Source: an uncultured Nitrospiraceae bacterium (GTDB taxonomy: Bacteria; Nitrospirota; UBA9217). From it: DNA of 64,000 nt. Made by a program: the position numbers and the translations under genes. The stretch covers positions 691,723 through 755,722 of the forward strand of contig CAYUSP010000003.1 in NCBI GenBank assembly GCA_964447405.1. Reading direction: 5' to 3'. Positions 38,996 to 51,293 of the stretch are shown here, one piece after another (the stretch's first letter is position 1; every line of letters begins with the position of its first letter). The notes under the pieces are model-generated. The model saw nothing but the letters and a program-made list of their open reading frames with translations. It was not told the DNA's origin and made no database searches.

Positions 38996-39222
38996 AGGAA
39001 GCAGGAGAGTACAACTGGGTCATAGTAACATAAAAGCACAGAGGTGTAAATCCATTTAAAGACAACCGGACGACTACGAACAACAGCTTTTGTAAAGGCG
39101 GGCGTCAACGGATACTCCTGCAGTTCCTTGAGCAGAACTTCAGAAATAGCCTTGCGGACAATGGATATTCTGCGTTGCGGACGAAATACTTATGCCCCCG
39201 CAGGACGGGAAACAGCCGCGTA

Positions 39223-40029
39223 TCACTTCACCAACTCCCCATACTCTCCGGGTCGGCGCTTTTTCAAAAAGCCCCAGGTCTGCACAGCTGCTTCCCGTTC
39301 AGCAAGATCGATATCAGCCAGTACGATCGCTTCCTTGCCTCCGGCAAGATCGGAAACCGTCTCCCCCCAGGGGTCCGCGCAGAAACTCCGCCCGTAAAAG
39401 GACAGCTCCCCCTCTTTCCCCACGCGATTCACCCGGAACACGAATATGTTGTTGGTGAACGCGTTCGAGGAGACCGCACGTTCCCAAAGGGTATGGGTAT
39501 TGATCGATGCCGCGGTGGGCGCAAACACAATTTCCGCGCCCCTGAGCGCAAGGACGCGGCTGGCCTCGGGGAACAGGTTGTCCCAGCAGATCTGGACGCC
39601 GATCCTGCCCTGCGATGTCTCGTATACGGGCAGGCCTGCGTCGCCGGGCGAGAAATAGAATTGTTCACGGTATTGAGGCAGATCGGGGATGTGCAGTTTT
39701 CGGTAGGTCCCGAGATGTTTTCCGCAATCGAAGACTGCGGCGCTGTTGTAATATTTCCCGCTGGCTGATTCGAAGAATGGGACGATGATCACGGTCCCGG
39801 TCTTTTGCGAAGTATGCTGGAACCGGCCCAATGTCTCACCCAGGGGATTGATCGCCCAGGAGAAGAGGGTCTTGTCCTCCTGTTTCGGGAACCAGCGAGT
39901 GAGGAAAAGTTCGGGATAGCAGATAATCCTCGCTCCTCTCTCGGCAGCCACTTCCGCCATCTCAAGAGCGCGCTGGATGTTCCGTTCGGTTTCCGGACCG
40001 GCGCTTATCTGTATGCCCGCGATTCGCAT
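39223..40029 (-). CDS. Carbon-nitrogen hydrolase (nitrilase superfamily)
   Basis: Catalytic Cys in VQICWDNLFPE. E and K motifs. Confidence 0.8.
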   Translation of the reverse strand: MRIAGIQISAGPETERNIQRALEMAEVAAERGARIICYPELFLTRWFPKQEDKTLFSWAINPLGETLGRFQHTSQKTGTVIIVPFFESASGKYYNSAAVFDCGKHLGTYRKLHIPDLPQYREQFYFSPGDAGLPVYETSQGRIGVQICWDNLFPEASRVLALRGAEIVFAPTAASINTHTLWERAVSSNAFTNNIFVFRVNRVGKEGELSFYGRSFCADPWGETVSDLAGGKEAIVLADIDLAEREAAVQTWGFLKKRRPGEYGELVK

Positions 40030-40149
40030 GGTGTGCAGTCAACAACGAAGGATGCGTATGATCGCGGTTATTATTCCACCTGCCCCGTATTCACGGTTCC
40101 ACTGATAGGCTCCGGGTACAGGCTCCGCGATCCTTAATCCGCACTCAAA

Positions 40150-42786
40150 TTACTTCCCATGGCACTTTTTGTACTTCTTCCCGCTTCCGCAGGGGCAGGG
40201 ATCGTTCCGTCCCACTTTGGCTCCCGCGTGCACCGGCTGGGGGACCGAGGCTGCCGCTTCGCCGGCCCCGACGAACGTGAGATTGGCGATCTGGCGCTTC
40301 TGCTTCCGTTCGATCTCCTCGCCCTGGTCTTTGGCTGCGGCCTTGATCCGGAAGAGGTTCTCGACGGTGGTCTCGACGATGCGGAGCTTCATTTCCTCGA
40401 ACATTTCGAAGCCTTCTTTTTTATATTCGATGAGCGGGTCCTTCTGTCCGTATCCCCGGAGTCCGATGCCTTCCTTGAGGTGGTCCATGGCAAGCAGGTG
40501 GTCCTTCCACTGGTAGTCCACGGCCTGCAGCATGAAGACCTTTTCGAGGTGGCGCATGAGTTCTGGACCGGCCTGCTGCTCCTTCTCGTCATAGCTTTGC
40601 TTCAGGGCCTGCCACAATTTTTCGCGGAACTCATCGCGGGACAGGTTCTGCGGATCGATGGTGCCCATGCGGTAGGAAAACTTCGCGGCCAGCACATCGG
40701 TGAGGCCGGTGATATCCCAGGCTTCGGAATAGGCGTCTTCGGGGCAGTAGAACCCGAGCATGCCGTCGAGCATTTCCTCGGCAAGGCCGAGCATCTCATC
40801 TTTCAGATCCGTGCCGGAAAGGATCTGGCGGCGCTGTTCGTAGATCACCTTCCTCTGCTGGTTCATGACATCGTCGTACTCGAGGATGTGCTTCCGCATC
40901 TCAAAGTTGTGCGCTTCGACCTTCTTTTGCGCATTCTCAATGGCGCGCGACACCATGCGGTGTTCGATCGGCATATCCTCTTCCATGCCCAGTTTGCCCA
41001 TGAGCCCCGAGATGCGGTCCGATCCGAATATCCTGAGCAGGTCATCCTCAAGCGAAAGATAAAACCGCGACGAACCGGGGTCGCCCTGCCGGCCCGAACG
41101 GCCGCGAAGCTGGTTGTCGATCCGCCGCGCCTCATGCCGTTCCGTGCCGAGGATATGGAGCCCGCCTGCGGCGATCACTTTTTCCTTTTCAACGGCGCAA
41201 AGCTCCCTGAACTGGGCCAGCGTCTTGTCCCATTCCTCAGAGGTATATTCCTTGCCTTTGAGCGCCTGGCGCGTGAGCCCTTCGGGATTGCCTCCCAGCA
41301 CGATGTCCGTGCCGCGGCCTGCCATGTTCGTGGCGATCGTAACAGCTGCATGCCGGCCTGCCTGGGCCACGATCTCGGCCTCCATCTCGTGGTACTTGGC
41401 ATTCAGCACCGAGTGCCGGATGCCCTTCTTTTTTAGCAAGGCAGCCAGGGTCTCGGATTTGACGATGGATATGGTGCCCACGAGGACCGGCTGGCCGTTC
41501 TTGTGCAGTTCCTCGATTTCCCTGATGGCAGCCAGGAACTTGCCCTGCTCGGTCTTGTAAATGTAGTCGGCGCTGTCCTTGCGCACCATGGGGCGGTGCG
41601 TGGGAATGACCAGCACATCAAGATTGTAAATCTTCCCGAACTCCGCGGCCTCGGTCTCCGCTGTTCCGGTCATGCCCGCGAGCTTGGCATAGAGGCGGAA
41701 GTAATTCTGGAACGTGATCGAGGCAAGCGTCTGGTTCTCGTTCTCGATCTTGACGCCTTCCTTTGCCTCGATGGCCTGGTGCAGGCCGTCGCTCCAGCGC
41801 CTGCCGGGCATGAGCCTGCCGGTGAACTCGTCCACGATCATAACCTGATCGTCCTTGACCACGTAGTCCACATCGCGGCTGAACAACGCATGGGCCTTGA
41901 GCGCCTGATGCACATGATGCACGAGGTCCACGTTGGCGGGGTCGTACAGGTTCCCGGCGCCGAGCATTTTTTCGACCTTGATGTTTCCATCTTCGGTCAG
42001 GGCCGCAGTCTTGGTCTTTTCCTCGATCGTATAGTCCGTGTTCTTCTGCAGGCTCGGGATGATCCGGTTTATCTTGTAGTATTTGTCCGTGGAATCTTCC
42101 GTGGGTCCGGAGATGATCAGCGGGGTCCTGGCCTCATCGATCAGGATCGAGTCCACCTCGTCGACAATGGCGAAATTGAGCTCGCGCTGGACGTAATCAG
42201 CAAGATCGAACTTCATGTTGTCGCGAAGGTAATCGAATCCGAACTCGTTGTTTGTGCCGTAGGTCACGTCCGCGGCGTAAGCCTGCTGCCGCTGCTCGTC
42301 GGTAAGGCCGTGCACGATCACGCCGACCGTGAGACCCAGGAACGAATACACGGGCCCCATCCACTGAGCATCGCGGCGGGCGAGATAGTCGTTCACGGTC
42401 ACCACGTGAACGCCCTTTCCTGAGAGGCTGTTCAGGTACACGGGAAGCGTCGCAACCAGGGTCTTGCCTTCACCGGTCTTCATCTCAGAGATCTTGCCCT
42501 GGTGCAGGACGATGCCGCCGATGAGCTGCACATCAAAGTGGCGCATGCCCAGGGTCCGCTTGGACGCCTCGCGCACGACCGCGAACGCCTCGGGAAGCAT
42601 GTCGTCCAGCGTCTCACCGTCTTCGAGCCGCTTCCTGAACTCATCAGTTTTGGCCCGCAGCTCGGCGTCGGAAAGCCGGGCAATTCCGTCCTCCTGCGCA
42701 TTAGTCGCGTCCACCAGATGCTGAATGCGCTTTAATTCCCGCTCATTCGCGGTGCCGAACATTTTTTTCAGGATCGATCCGATCAT
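40150..42786 (-). CDS. secA: Preprotein translocase ATPase SecA
   Basis: 878 aa. DEAD-like motor motifs. C-terminal zinc finger [14 protein letters not shown]. Confidence 0.95.
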   Translation of the reverse strand: MIGSILKKMFGTANERELKRIQHLVDATNAQEDGIARLSDAELRAKTDEFRKRLEDGETLDDMLPEAFAVVREASKRTLGMRHFDVQLIGGIVLHQGKISEMKTGEGKTLVATLPVYLNSLSGKGVHVVTVNDYLARRDAQWMGPVYSFLGLTVGVIVHGLTDEQRQQAYAADVTYGTNNEFGFDYLRDNMKFDLADYVQRELNFAIVDEVDSILIDEARTPLIISGPTEDSTDKYYKINRIIPSLQKNTDYTIEEKTKTAALTEDGNIKVEKMLGAGNLYDPANVDLVHHVHQALKAHALFSRDVDYVVKDDQVMIVDEFTGRLMPGRRWSDGLHQAIEAKEGVKIENENQTLASITFQNYFRLYAKLAGMTGTAETEAAEFGKIYNLDVLVIPTHRPMVRKDSADYIYKTEQGKFLAAIREIEELHKNGQPVLVGTISIVKSETLAALLKKKGIRHSVLNAKYHEMEAEIVAQAGRHAAVTIATNMAGRGTDIVLGGNPEGLTRQALKGKEYTSEEWDKTLAQFRELCAVEKEKVIAAGGLHILGTERHEARRIDNQLRGRSGRQGDPGSSRFYLSLEDDLLRIFGSDRISGLMGKLGMEEDMPIEHRMVSRAIENAQKKVEAHNFEMRKHILEYDDVMNQQRKVIYEQRRQILSGTDLKDEMLGLAEEMLDGMLGFYCPEDAYSEAWDITGLTDVLAAKFSYRMGTIDPQNLSRDEFREKLWQALKQSYDEKEQQAGPELMRHLEKVFMLQAVDYQWKDHLLAMDHLKEGIGLRGYGQKDPLIEYKKEGFEMFEEMKLRIVETTVENLFRIKAAAKDQGEEIERKQKRQIANLTFVGAGEAAASVPQPVHAGAKVGRNDPCPCGSGKKYKKCHGK

Positions 42787-43124
42787 CTAACAGTTCTCCA
42801 GCACAGCATGGTCATATGACAGCGGCTCATATTATCATTTTTCGCACGGATTTCAAGTAAATAATCCGTTTGACCGCGTTGTTTGGCCCTTGTCTCTCGC
42901 CGCTTGATGTCGAATGTCAGACCGTACCAAGCAGTACACCGAAGGGACTCCACCTGCACCATCGGGATCAAGGGAGCAGAATCCCGTCCGTTCACTCCAT
43001 GAAGGTACCGCTCACTGCGGGTTATGCCAGTGTCAATACCATTATAGACATTGCAGGACCCGTCTTGACATCGTGCGCTTCATGAGATATGGTTAGCTAT
43101 ATTTCGGATCCATTCCAGATATGA

Positions 43125-45518
<2,394 letters not shown>

Positions 45519-45652
45519 TAGAGTCAGAGCGAAGGCCTGTCACGGATTACCTGCGGTGTGATCAAGTAATACCGGCATAAGTTGTTTTCGATGCATGATC
45601 AGGTCCTATCATCGAGCGGATGATGGGACCTTTTTATTCTGGAGATCTAACC

Positions 45653-46702
45653 ATGAGCATGATCATCGAACTTGCAGAGAACGGCCGCCTGCCGGATGCG
45701 CTAATCCGCGCCGGTATCCGGACGCTCAATCGGCAGCGACTTCGTGAAGAGCAGCGCGGCGGCATCGAGGCGCTCCGCGAGCACCAGCGCCAGTTCATCG
45801 CAATGCTGCGCTAGAGCCCCATCGCAGTCCTGACCGAGGCTGCGAACGAACAGCACTACGAGGTCCCGCCGGAGTTCTTCCTCCTCGCACTGGGGAAGAA
45901 CCGCAAGTACAGCTGCTGCTATTATCCGACTGGGATGGAGAGCCTGAACGAGGCAGAGGAGAGGATGCTCGCGCTCACCTGCGAGCGAGCGCAGCTCTCC
46001 GATGGCATGGACATCCTGGAGCTCGGCTGCGGATGGGGTTCCCTCACGCTCTGGATGGCGGAGCAGTATCCAAAGAGTCGGATCACGGCCGTGTCGAACT
46101 CCAATCCCCAACGGGAGTTCATCACAGCACTCTGCCGTGACAGGGGCATCGGGAACGTCCTGGTGGTCACGGCGGACATGAACAATTTCTGCACTGAGAA
46201 TCGCTTCGACAACGTCGTGTCGGTCGAGATGTTCGAGCACATGCGGAACTATGAACTGCTGCTCCGAAAGGTCGCTTCCTGGATGCGGCCCGGCGCAAAG
46301 CTCTTCGTCCACATCTTCTGCCACAAGGAATATGCCTACCTGTTCGAGGACGAGGGCGAGGACAACTGGATGGGGAGGCATTTTTTCAGTGGCGGCATCA
46401 TGCCATCCGACGACCTGCTGCTCTATTTCCAGGATGATGTCGCCATTGAGAACCACTGGCGCGTGGACGGGACCCACTATGAGAGGACCGCGAACCACTG
46501 GCTGCAGAACATGGACGCGCGGAAGGAAGCAGTCATGCCGGTCCTGGAGCGGACCTACGGGATGCAGGACGCCGCCCTATGGTTCCAGCGATGGAGGCTC
46601 TTCTTCATGGCCTGCGCCGAGCTGTGGGGGTTCCGCGATGGCCAGGAATGGTGGGTGGCGCACTATTTATTCAGAAAACGATCGGTCAGACAACCATCCT
46701 AA
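45653..46702 (+). pseudogene. cfa: Cyclopropane-fatty-acyl-phospholipid synthase family gene interrupted by an in-frame TAG at 45812-45814
   Basis: 45620..45814 and 45935..46702 are in the same frame. The conserved CMAS N-segment ([13 protein letters not shown]...YSCCYY) lies between the TAG and the next ATG. The SAM motif ILELGCGWG is downstream. Confidence 0.5.
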
Positions 46703-46782
46703 CAAAGGAGTCTTCCAGGTCCAGAAGGCTTCGGTGATCGATGGTTTCGTCCGCCAAGAGCGGAGGGACCAAGGCGAAGGGG

Positions 46783-47631
46783 CTATTGCAAAGTCCGCAG
46801 ATAGGAGATCACCGCCGCCAGATCAGCGGGTGTCAGCTTGCTGGTGGCATTTGTGACGACCTCTTCCATGGCCTTGTTGGCCACGTCGCCGTCCGGCAGT
46901 ATTCCGGTCTTCAAATACTTCGCCAGATCCTGATCGCTCCATTTTTTCAGCCGTGATGACGTCAGGTCAGGAACCTTCTTGCCGTCCGGGCCAATACCGC
47001 CTTTGAGATAGCTCTTCTTCTTGGGAGCACCAGCCAGGTTGCGAGGCGTATGACATTCGCCGCAATGCCCCACCGCCTGGACCAGATAGGCCCCGCGGTC
47101 GACAGATCCCGAACGCACGTGATCCGGAACGAACGGCCCGGGCGTGAAGAACAGCCACTGCCAGCCCCGGAGAGGGAAACGCATCCCGAAGAGCGGCCCG
47201 AGGTCATGCGGCCGGCTTGCGAGCTTGTCCGGTTTGAGTGAGCGCAGATAGGACCACAGGTCCTTCAGGTCGCTGTCACTGATCCCCGTGAATGAAGGAT
47301 ACGGGAATGCCGGGAAGTAGATCGCTCCATCGGGACGGACGCCATGGCGCATGGAACGGATGAAGTCGGATTCGCTCCAGCGACCGATTCCCCTATCGTT
47401 GTCCGGAGTGATATTCGGTCCGAAGAACGTGCCAAAGGGGGTCTTGAGCGCGCGTCCGCCTGCATAGGGTATAGCGCCTTCCCGGTCCTCGGTGTGGCAT
47501 CCCGCGCAATTGGCAATGCTTGCCAGATAGGCGCCCCGCTTCACATCCTCAACCGTTCCCGCCAGGCCATTCGATCCGGTCAGCAGCAGAACGAACAATC
47601 CGATAGCGACTGTCTGTTTCCTGTTTCCCAT
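46783..47631 (-). CDS. Diheme c-type cytochrome
   Basis: Signal peptide. Two CxxCH motifs (CAGCH, CGECH). Confidence 0.7.
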   Translation of the reverse strand: MGNRKQTVAIGLFVLLLTGSNGLAGTVEDVKRGAYLASIANCAGCHTEDREGAIPYAGGRALKTPFGTFFGPNITPDNDRGIGRWSESDFIRSMRHGVRPDGAIYFPAFPYPSFTGISDSDLKDLWSYLRSLKPDKLASRPHDLGPLFGMRFPLRGWQWLFFTPGPFVPDHVRSGSVDRGAYLVQAVGHCGECHTPRNLAGAPKKKSYLKGGIGPDGKKVPDLTSSRLKKWSDQDLAKYLKTGILPDGDVANKAMEEVVTNATSKLTPADLAAVISYLRTLQ

Positions 47632-47700
47632 ATCCACTCCATCCTGTGACAAAGAAGACCCCGCCCATCAGGGCGGGGCCGTACCAAGCCATCAATGTCC

Positions 47701-48162
47701 CTACTGTTTCTTTTCACGGAAATTGTCGTGGCACCCGCCGCAGGTCTTGCCGAGTGCGCCGATAGCACCCTTTGTGGCGGCCTCGTCCTTACCTTTGGAT
47801 GCGGCGACCAGCTTGGCCACGGCTGCCTGCGTCTCATCCGTTGCCGCCTTAAACTTCGCCGTGTCGGAAAAGACCGCGGGGAGCGAGGCGGATTTTTCCT
47901 TTGCCGTGGCGGCATCAAAGCCGTCCCAGGGCATCTTGGCAAGCACTTCCAGGTACCCGGCATTGCGCGCGACGGTCTCCGCGTTGAAGGGGGCTTCGCC
48001 TTTCGCCATTGCGACAAGCGGGCCAAAATACTTCCCCTGCAGCGTCATGGCTGCCTGACGCTGCTTGACAAGCACCTCGGGTTTCATCTGTGAGAACGCC
48101 GTGACCGCAAGACCAGCAAACACCGCCATTGTTACGACCGAAACGAGCACCATCTTCTTCAT
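47701..48162 (-). CDS. Class II cytochrome c (cytochrome c-prime / c556 type)
   Basis: Signal peptide. Four-helix character. Single C-terminal CGGCHD heme motif. Confidence 0.65.
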   Translation of the reverse strand: MKKMVLVSVVTMAVFAGLAVTAFSQMKPEVLVKQRQAAMTLQGKYFGPLVAMAKGEAPFNAETVARNAGYLEVLAKMPWDGFDAATAKEKSASLPAVFSDTAKFKAATDETQAAVAKLVAASKGKDEAATKGAIGALGKTCGGCHDNFREKKQ

Positions 48163-48413
48163 TACACACCTCCGTTGTTGGAATTACCCTGTCAGAACCG
48201 TAGCCAGGGTGTTTGATTAGATATCAAAATATACCATATTTCGAACCAGTCGGCATCCGCTTGATCGGCTCCGGATGGTCGCAAGAACTCTCCGGCTGAC
48301 AAGAGAAGATGCCAGGTTGAGCAGGAATGGTGTGCGGTGCACTACCTCTTTACGCAATGCTGACGGTTCTCTCTGATTCGTGCCATACAGTGCAGCATAT
48401 AGGTTTTTTTCTT

Positions 48414-48809
48414 CTAGAAACCGCCCATCCTCGACGCCAGCAGCGGGCAGAGCGCCATGATGGCCATGCCCAGCCCCAGCAGGTTCCCCTTCCTGATGTC
48501 AAAGTCATCCAGGATGGTCTCCCAGCGCATCTTCAGGATGAACCGGCCCACCACGACATCGAACAGCCCCATGAAGAGGGACAATGATATCCCGAGGACC
48601 AGCAACCCCCCGTCGGCCCTGATGTGCAAGAACGGCACATAGTAGTAGCAGATGAGCAGACAAAGGGCCAGCGCAGGCAGCAGCGATATCCGCTTCGCAT
48701 TCATCACTCCGACCCGCTTGTTCAGAAAGATCGTTCTGGCGATCCCGTTCAGCATTTCCGAGGCGGCGACAAGAATGAATAAACCGATTACGTGCAGGAT
48801 GAAGGTCAT
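48414..48809 (-). CDS. Hypothetical small membrane protein (4 TM)
   Basis: Hydrophobicity only. Confidence 0.3.
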   Translation of the reverse strand: MTFILHVIGLFILVAASEMLNGIARTIFLNKRVGVMNAKRISLLPALALCLLICYYYVPFLHIRADGGLLVLGISLSLFMGLFDVVVGRFILKMRWETILDDFDIRKGNLLGLGMAIMALCPLLASRMGGF

Positions 48810-48854
48810 GCGATCATTTCCTTCCGAAATAATCGAGCCAGAGGGCATCAAAGG

Positions 48855-49466
48855 TCAGGATGTTCGTGGCTTGTAACCAAGAATGGCCCAGAGCACCCAG
48901 AGCGACAGGTTCATGCCAAGGCCCAGATAGCCGTTATAGAGCGCGACGATCGTGGATGCGGCGTACACCACCATGCCGTACCGGTAGGCAATCGAGATCT
49001 TCCGCACATGGGCCGCCGAGATGCCGTGCTGCAGCAGGTCTCCGCGTACCATGCACTGCCAAATGAGATTGTAGCCGATGCTGATGAAGATGAAGGTCCC
49101 GCAATAGAATGCGGCGGCCGCGTTCAGCGCCCTGCCGTCGAGGTATTCGGCGAGCAGCGATGTGGGAAAGGGTACGAAACTGATCAGGAGCAGCAGGAAA
49201 CCGTTTGCATACAAGAAACCTGGATTGGTCCGCCGAACCATGTTGAACAAGCCATGGTGGTTGATCCACATGATCAGGATGGCAAAGAAGCTGAGCAGAA
49301 AGGCAAGGAACGACGGCCAGAGGCCGATGAGCGCCCCGGCAAGTTCCGCCGGTGAACTGTCGTGCGACATTTTTGGCACCTTGATCTCGAGGATCAAAAG
49401 CGTGATAGCGATGGCGAACACGCCGTCGCTGAAAGCTTCGACCCTGCCTGTTTCCTTTTCTTGCAT
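48855..49466 (-). CDS. DUF1211 (TMEM175-like) membrane protein
   Basis: RVEAFSDGVFAIAITLLILE signature repeated in a second half. Confidence 0.6.
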   Translation of the reverse strand: MQEKETGRVEAFSDGVFAIAITLLILEIKVPKMSHDSSPAELAGALIGLWPSFLAFLLSFFAILIMWINHHGLFNMVRRTNPGFLYANGFLLLLISFVPFPTSLLAEYLDGRALNAAAAFYCGTFIFISIGYNLIWQCMVRGDLLQHGISAAHVRKISIAYRYGMVVYAASTIVALYNGYLGLGMNLSLWVLWAILGYKPRTS

Positions 49467-49546
49467 GGGATCCTCTCTTGTGATTAGCATCGTCCGTCGG
49501 TTCGTGACCCTATAAGTTCGGCAGCGACGGCCCGCCCCCGCAGGCG

Positions 49547-50038
49547 TCATTTCACGGGGACGAGGACGATATCGAACGTCCCTTTCCGGCTCCCCTCTTC
49601 GCGATACTGCTGCGTCATCAGGATATCGAATCCCGGGGCCGAGACCCGGAGATGAATGTGCGGCGGCCTGCCCGAGTACGGCGGCGGGACATGGCTCTCA
49701 AACCGGTATGCGCCTTTCCCGTCGGCAATGACCGTTGCGCGATAGGCGTCGCCATATCCGCCGTCCGGCCCGGCAAGCCACAGTTCGATGACCGCACCTT
49801 TGATCGGAGCGCAGTCCTTCGCCGAGCGGACCATGCCCTCGAGGACATACCCTTTCCCCACGCTTGCGCGCACCGGCGAGCCAGGCTCGTAATACGGACC
49901 GAGAGCATCGGGTTCCGTCGGCCTACAGGAGCCCGCATTCGCATCGAGCTGCAAGAGCAGCAGGAGTACGGCCGACAGAAAGGGCCGTAAGCCACGTCTT
50001 CTCATGGCATCCTCGGCATTGCCCGGTGTTGTCTTCAT
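49547..50038 (-). CDS. Intradiol-dioxygenase-like small secreted protein
   Basis: RRR-containing signal. LGPYY...HIHLRVSAPGF motif resembling the intradiol dioxygenase C-domain. Confidence 0.45.
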   Translation of the reverse strand: MKTTPGNAEDAMRRRGLRPFLSAVLLLLLQLDANAGSCRPTEPDALGPYYEPGSPVRASVGKGYVLEGMVRSAKDCAPIKGAVIELWLAGPDGGYGDAYRATVIADGKGAYRFESHVPPPYSGRPPHIHLRVSAPGFDILMTQQYREEGSRKGTFDIVLVPVK

Positions 50039-50056
50039 GCTCGATCCTGTGACGAA

Positions 50057-50524
50057 TCATTTCTTTCCGAACTTCTCTTTCCAGATGACATCCGCCTTCT
50101 TGATGTGGCCGGGAATGTCCCTGCTCCATTTCCCATATGCCTCCTGGCTGCAGTTCAGGTACAGCTTCCCGTCCACGATCTTCCAGACCTCCGGGTCCGT
50201 TATCGCCAGCCGGGACTCGGTCATAGCCCAGGCACAATACCCGTCATACTGAGGGGCGTACTTCTCCGGACTTGCCGCGAACAGGTCCCGGTTCTCCTTG
50301 GTCGAGAAATGCCAGGTCATATCATGCCAGGGGAATGTGAATGACCCGCTGCCTTTCATTGCCTTGCCGGCTTTGAAATAAGCCACGGCGTCATATCCCT
50401 TGATCGCAACCTCATTCTGCGGCGACGCCGAAGCAGGAGAGCCTCCCAATCGGATAAGCAGCAGGAAGAGACCAGCGATGAACATCAAATACCCATAAGT
50501 CGTTCTTCTTGATCTCATATGCAT
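50057..50524 (-). CDS. YHS-domain periplasmic protein
   Basis: Signal peptide. KGYDAVAYF...YAPQYDGYCAWAM pattern of YHS/TRASH-like proteins. Confidence 0.45.
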   Translation of the reverse strand: MHMRSRRTTYGYLMFIAGLFLLLIRLGGSPASASPQNEVAIKGYDAVAYFKAGKAMKGSGSFTFPWHDMTWHFSTKENRDLFAASPEKYAPQYDGYCAWAMTESRLAITDPEVWKIVDGKLYLNCSQEAYGKWSRDIPGHIKKADVIWKEKFGKK

Positions 50525-50581
50525 GCACCTCCCTCATATTATTATCGATGAGCCACCCCTCTTCTCATTTTATCATTTTTT

Positions 50582-50803
50582 TCACTGGGCCCCGTGCCTG
50601 GCTACCGCAGCCTTCACCCGGCGCAGGAGCCTGCGGGCCCAGATGAACTCCGTCCCAAGGACAGCGAGACCGATTGGTATCACCACGACCGCAGGCCCGG
50701 GGAGAACGATCATCGCCACTCCGGCCAGAAGGATCGTCGCACCTACTACGAGAACGATCAGCCTCCGGGCATGCCTCACCGCTCTGTTCAGGACATCATT
50801 CAT
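50582..50803 (-). CDS. PGPGW-family small transmembrane protein
   Basis: IVLPGPAVVVIPIGLAVLG motif. Confidence 0.45.
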   Translation of the reverse strand: MNDVLNRAVRHARRLIVLVVGATILLAGVAMIVLPGPAVVVIPIGLAVLGTEFIWARRLLRRVKAAVARHGAQ

Positions 50804-50894
50804 GGCATCGCCGCCATATCCCCGTCCAGAGCATGCCCTGCACAAGAACAGCTCGCAGTTTGCCCGGACCATTGGATGCGACTGCTGGAAACAC

Positions 50895-51293
50895 TTACTT
50901 CTCTCTCCGGTAACAGTATCTTGCAGCCGCAAGCGCCAGGATGATGGCCGCAATGCCCACCAGCGTCATGCCCGCGAGCTCCTTCACATCCAGGGTAATG
51001 ACCTTGCGCGCGATGGCGATCATGGCCACGGTCAGGACCACCTCGAAGTGCACTACATTATCCTTGAGATAGGCCTTGATCGTCTCGAGCAGCTCCACGC
51101 CGATCAACACCAGCAAAAACAGCCCGAAGATGTCCAGCAGCTCATCGATCTCGAGCAGGAGGACCGGCGGAGTGATGATGTCCTTGATGATGATCCATCC
51201 CAGCTCGATGGTCGCCAGCAGAACGACGACGGCCATCAATATGACCAGCGTGGCCGTTACCGCCTTTTCGAACTTCTTCAGCAGATCAAGCAT
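50895..51293 (-). CDS. PsiE-like (phosphate-starvation-inducible E family) membrane protein
   Basis: Four TM helices with PsiE-like spacing. Start MLDLLKK. Confidence 0.45.
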   Translation of the reverse strand: MLDLLKKFEKAVTATLVILMAVVVLLATIELGWIIIKDIITPPVLLLEIDELLDIFGLFLLVLIGVELLETIKAYLKDNVVHFEVVLTVAMIAIARKVITLDVKELAGMTLVGIAAIILALAAARYCYRREK

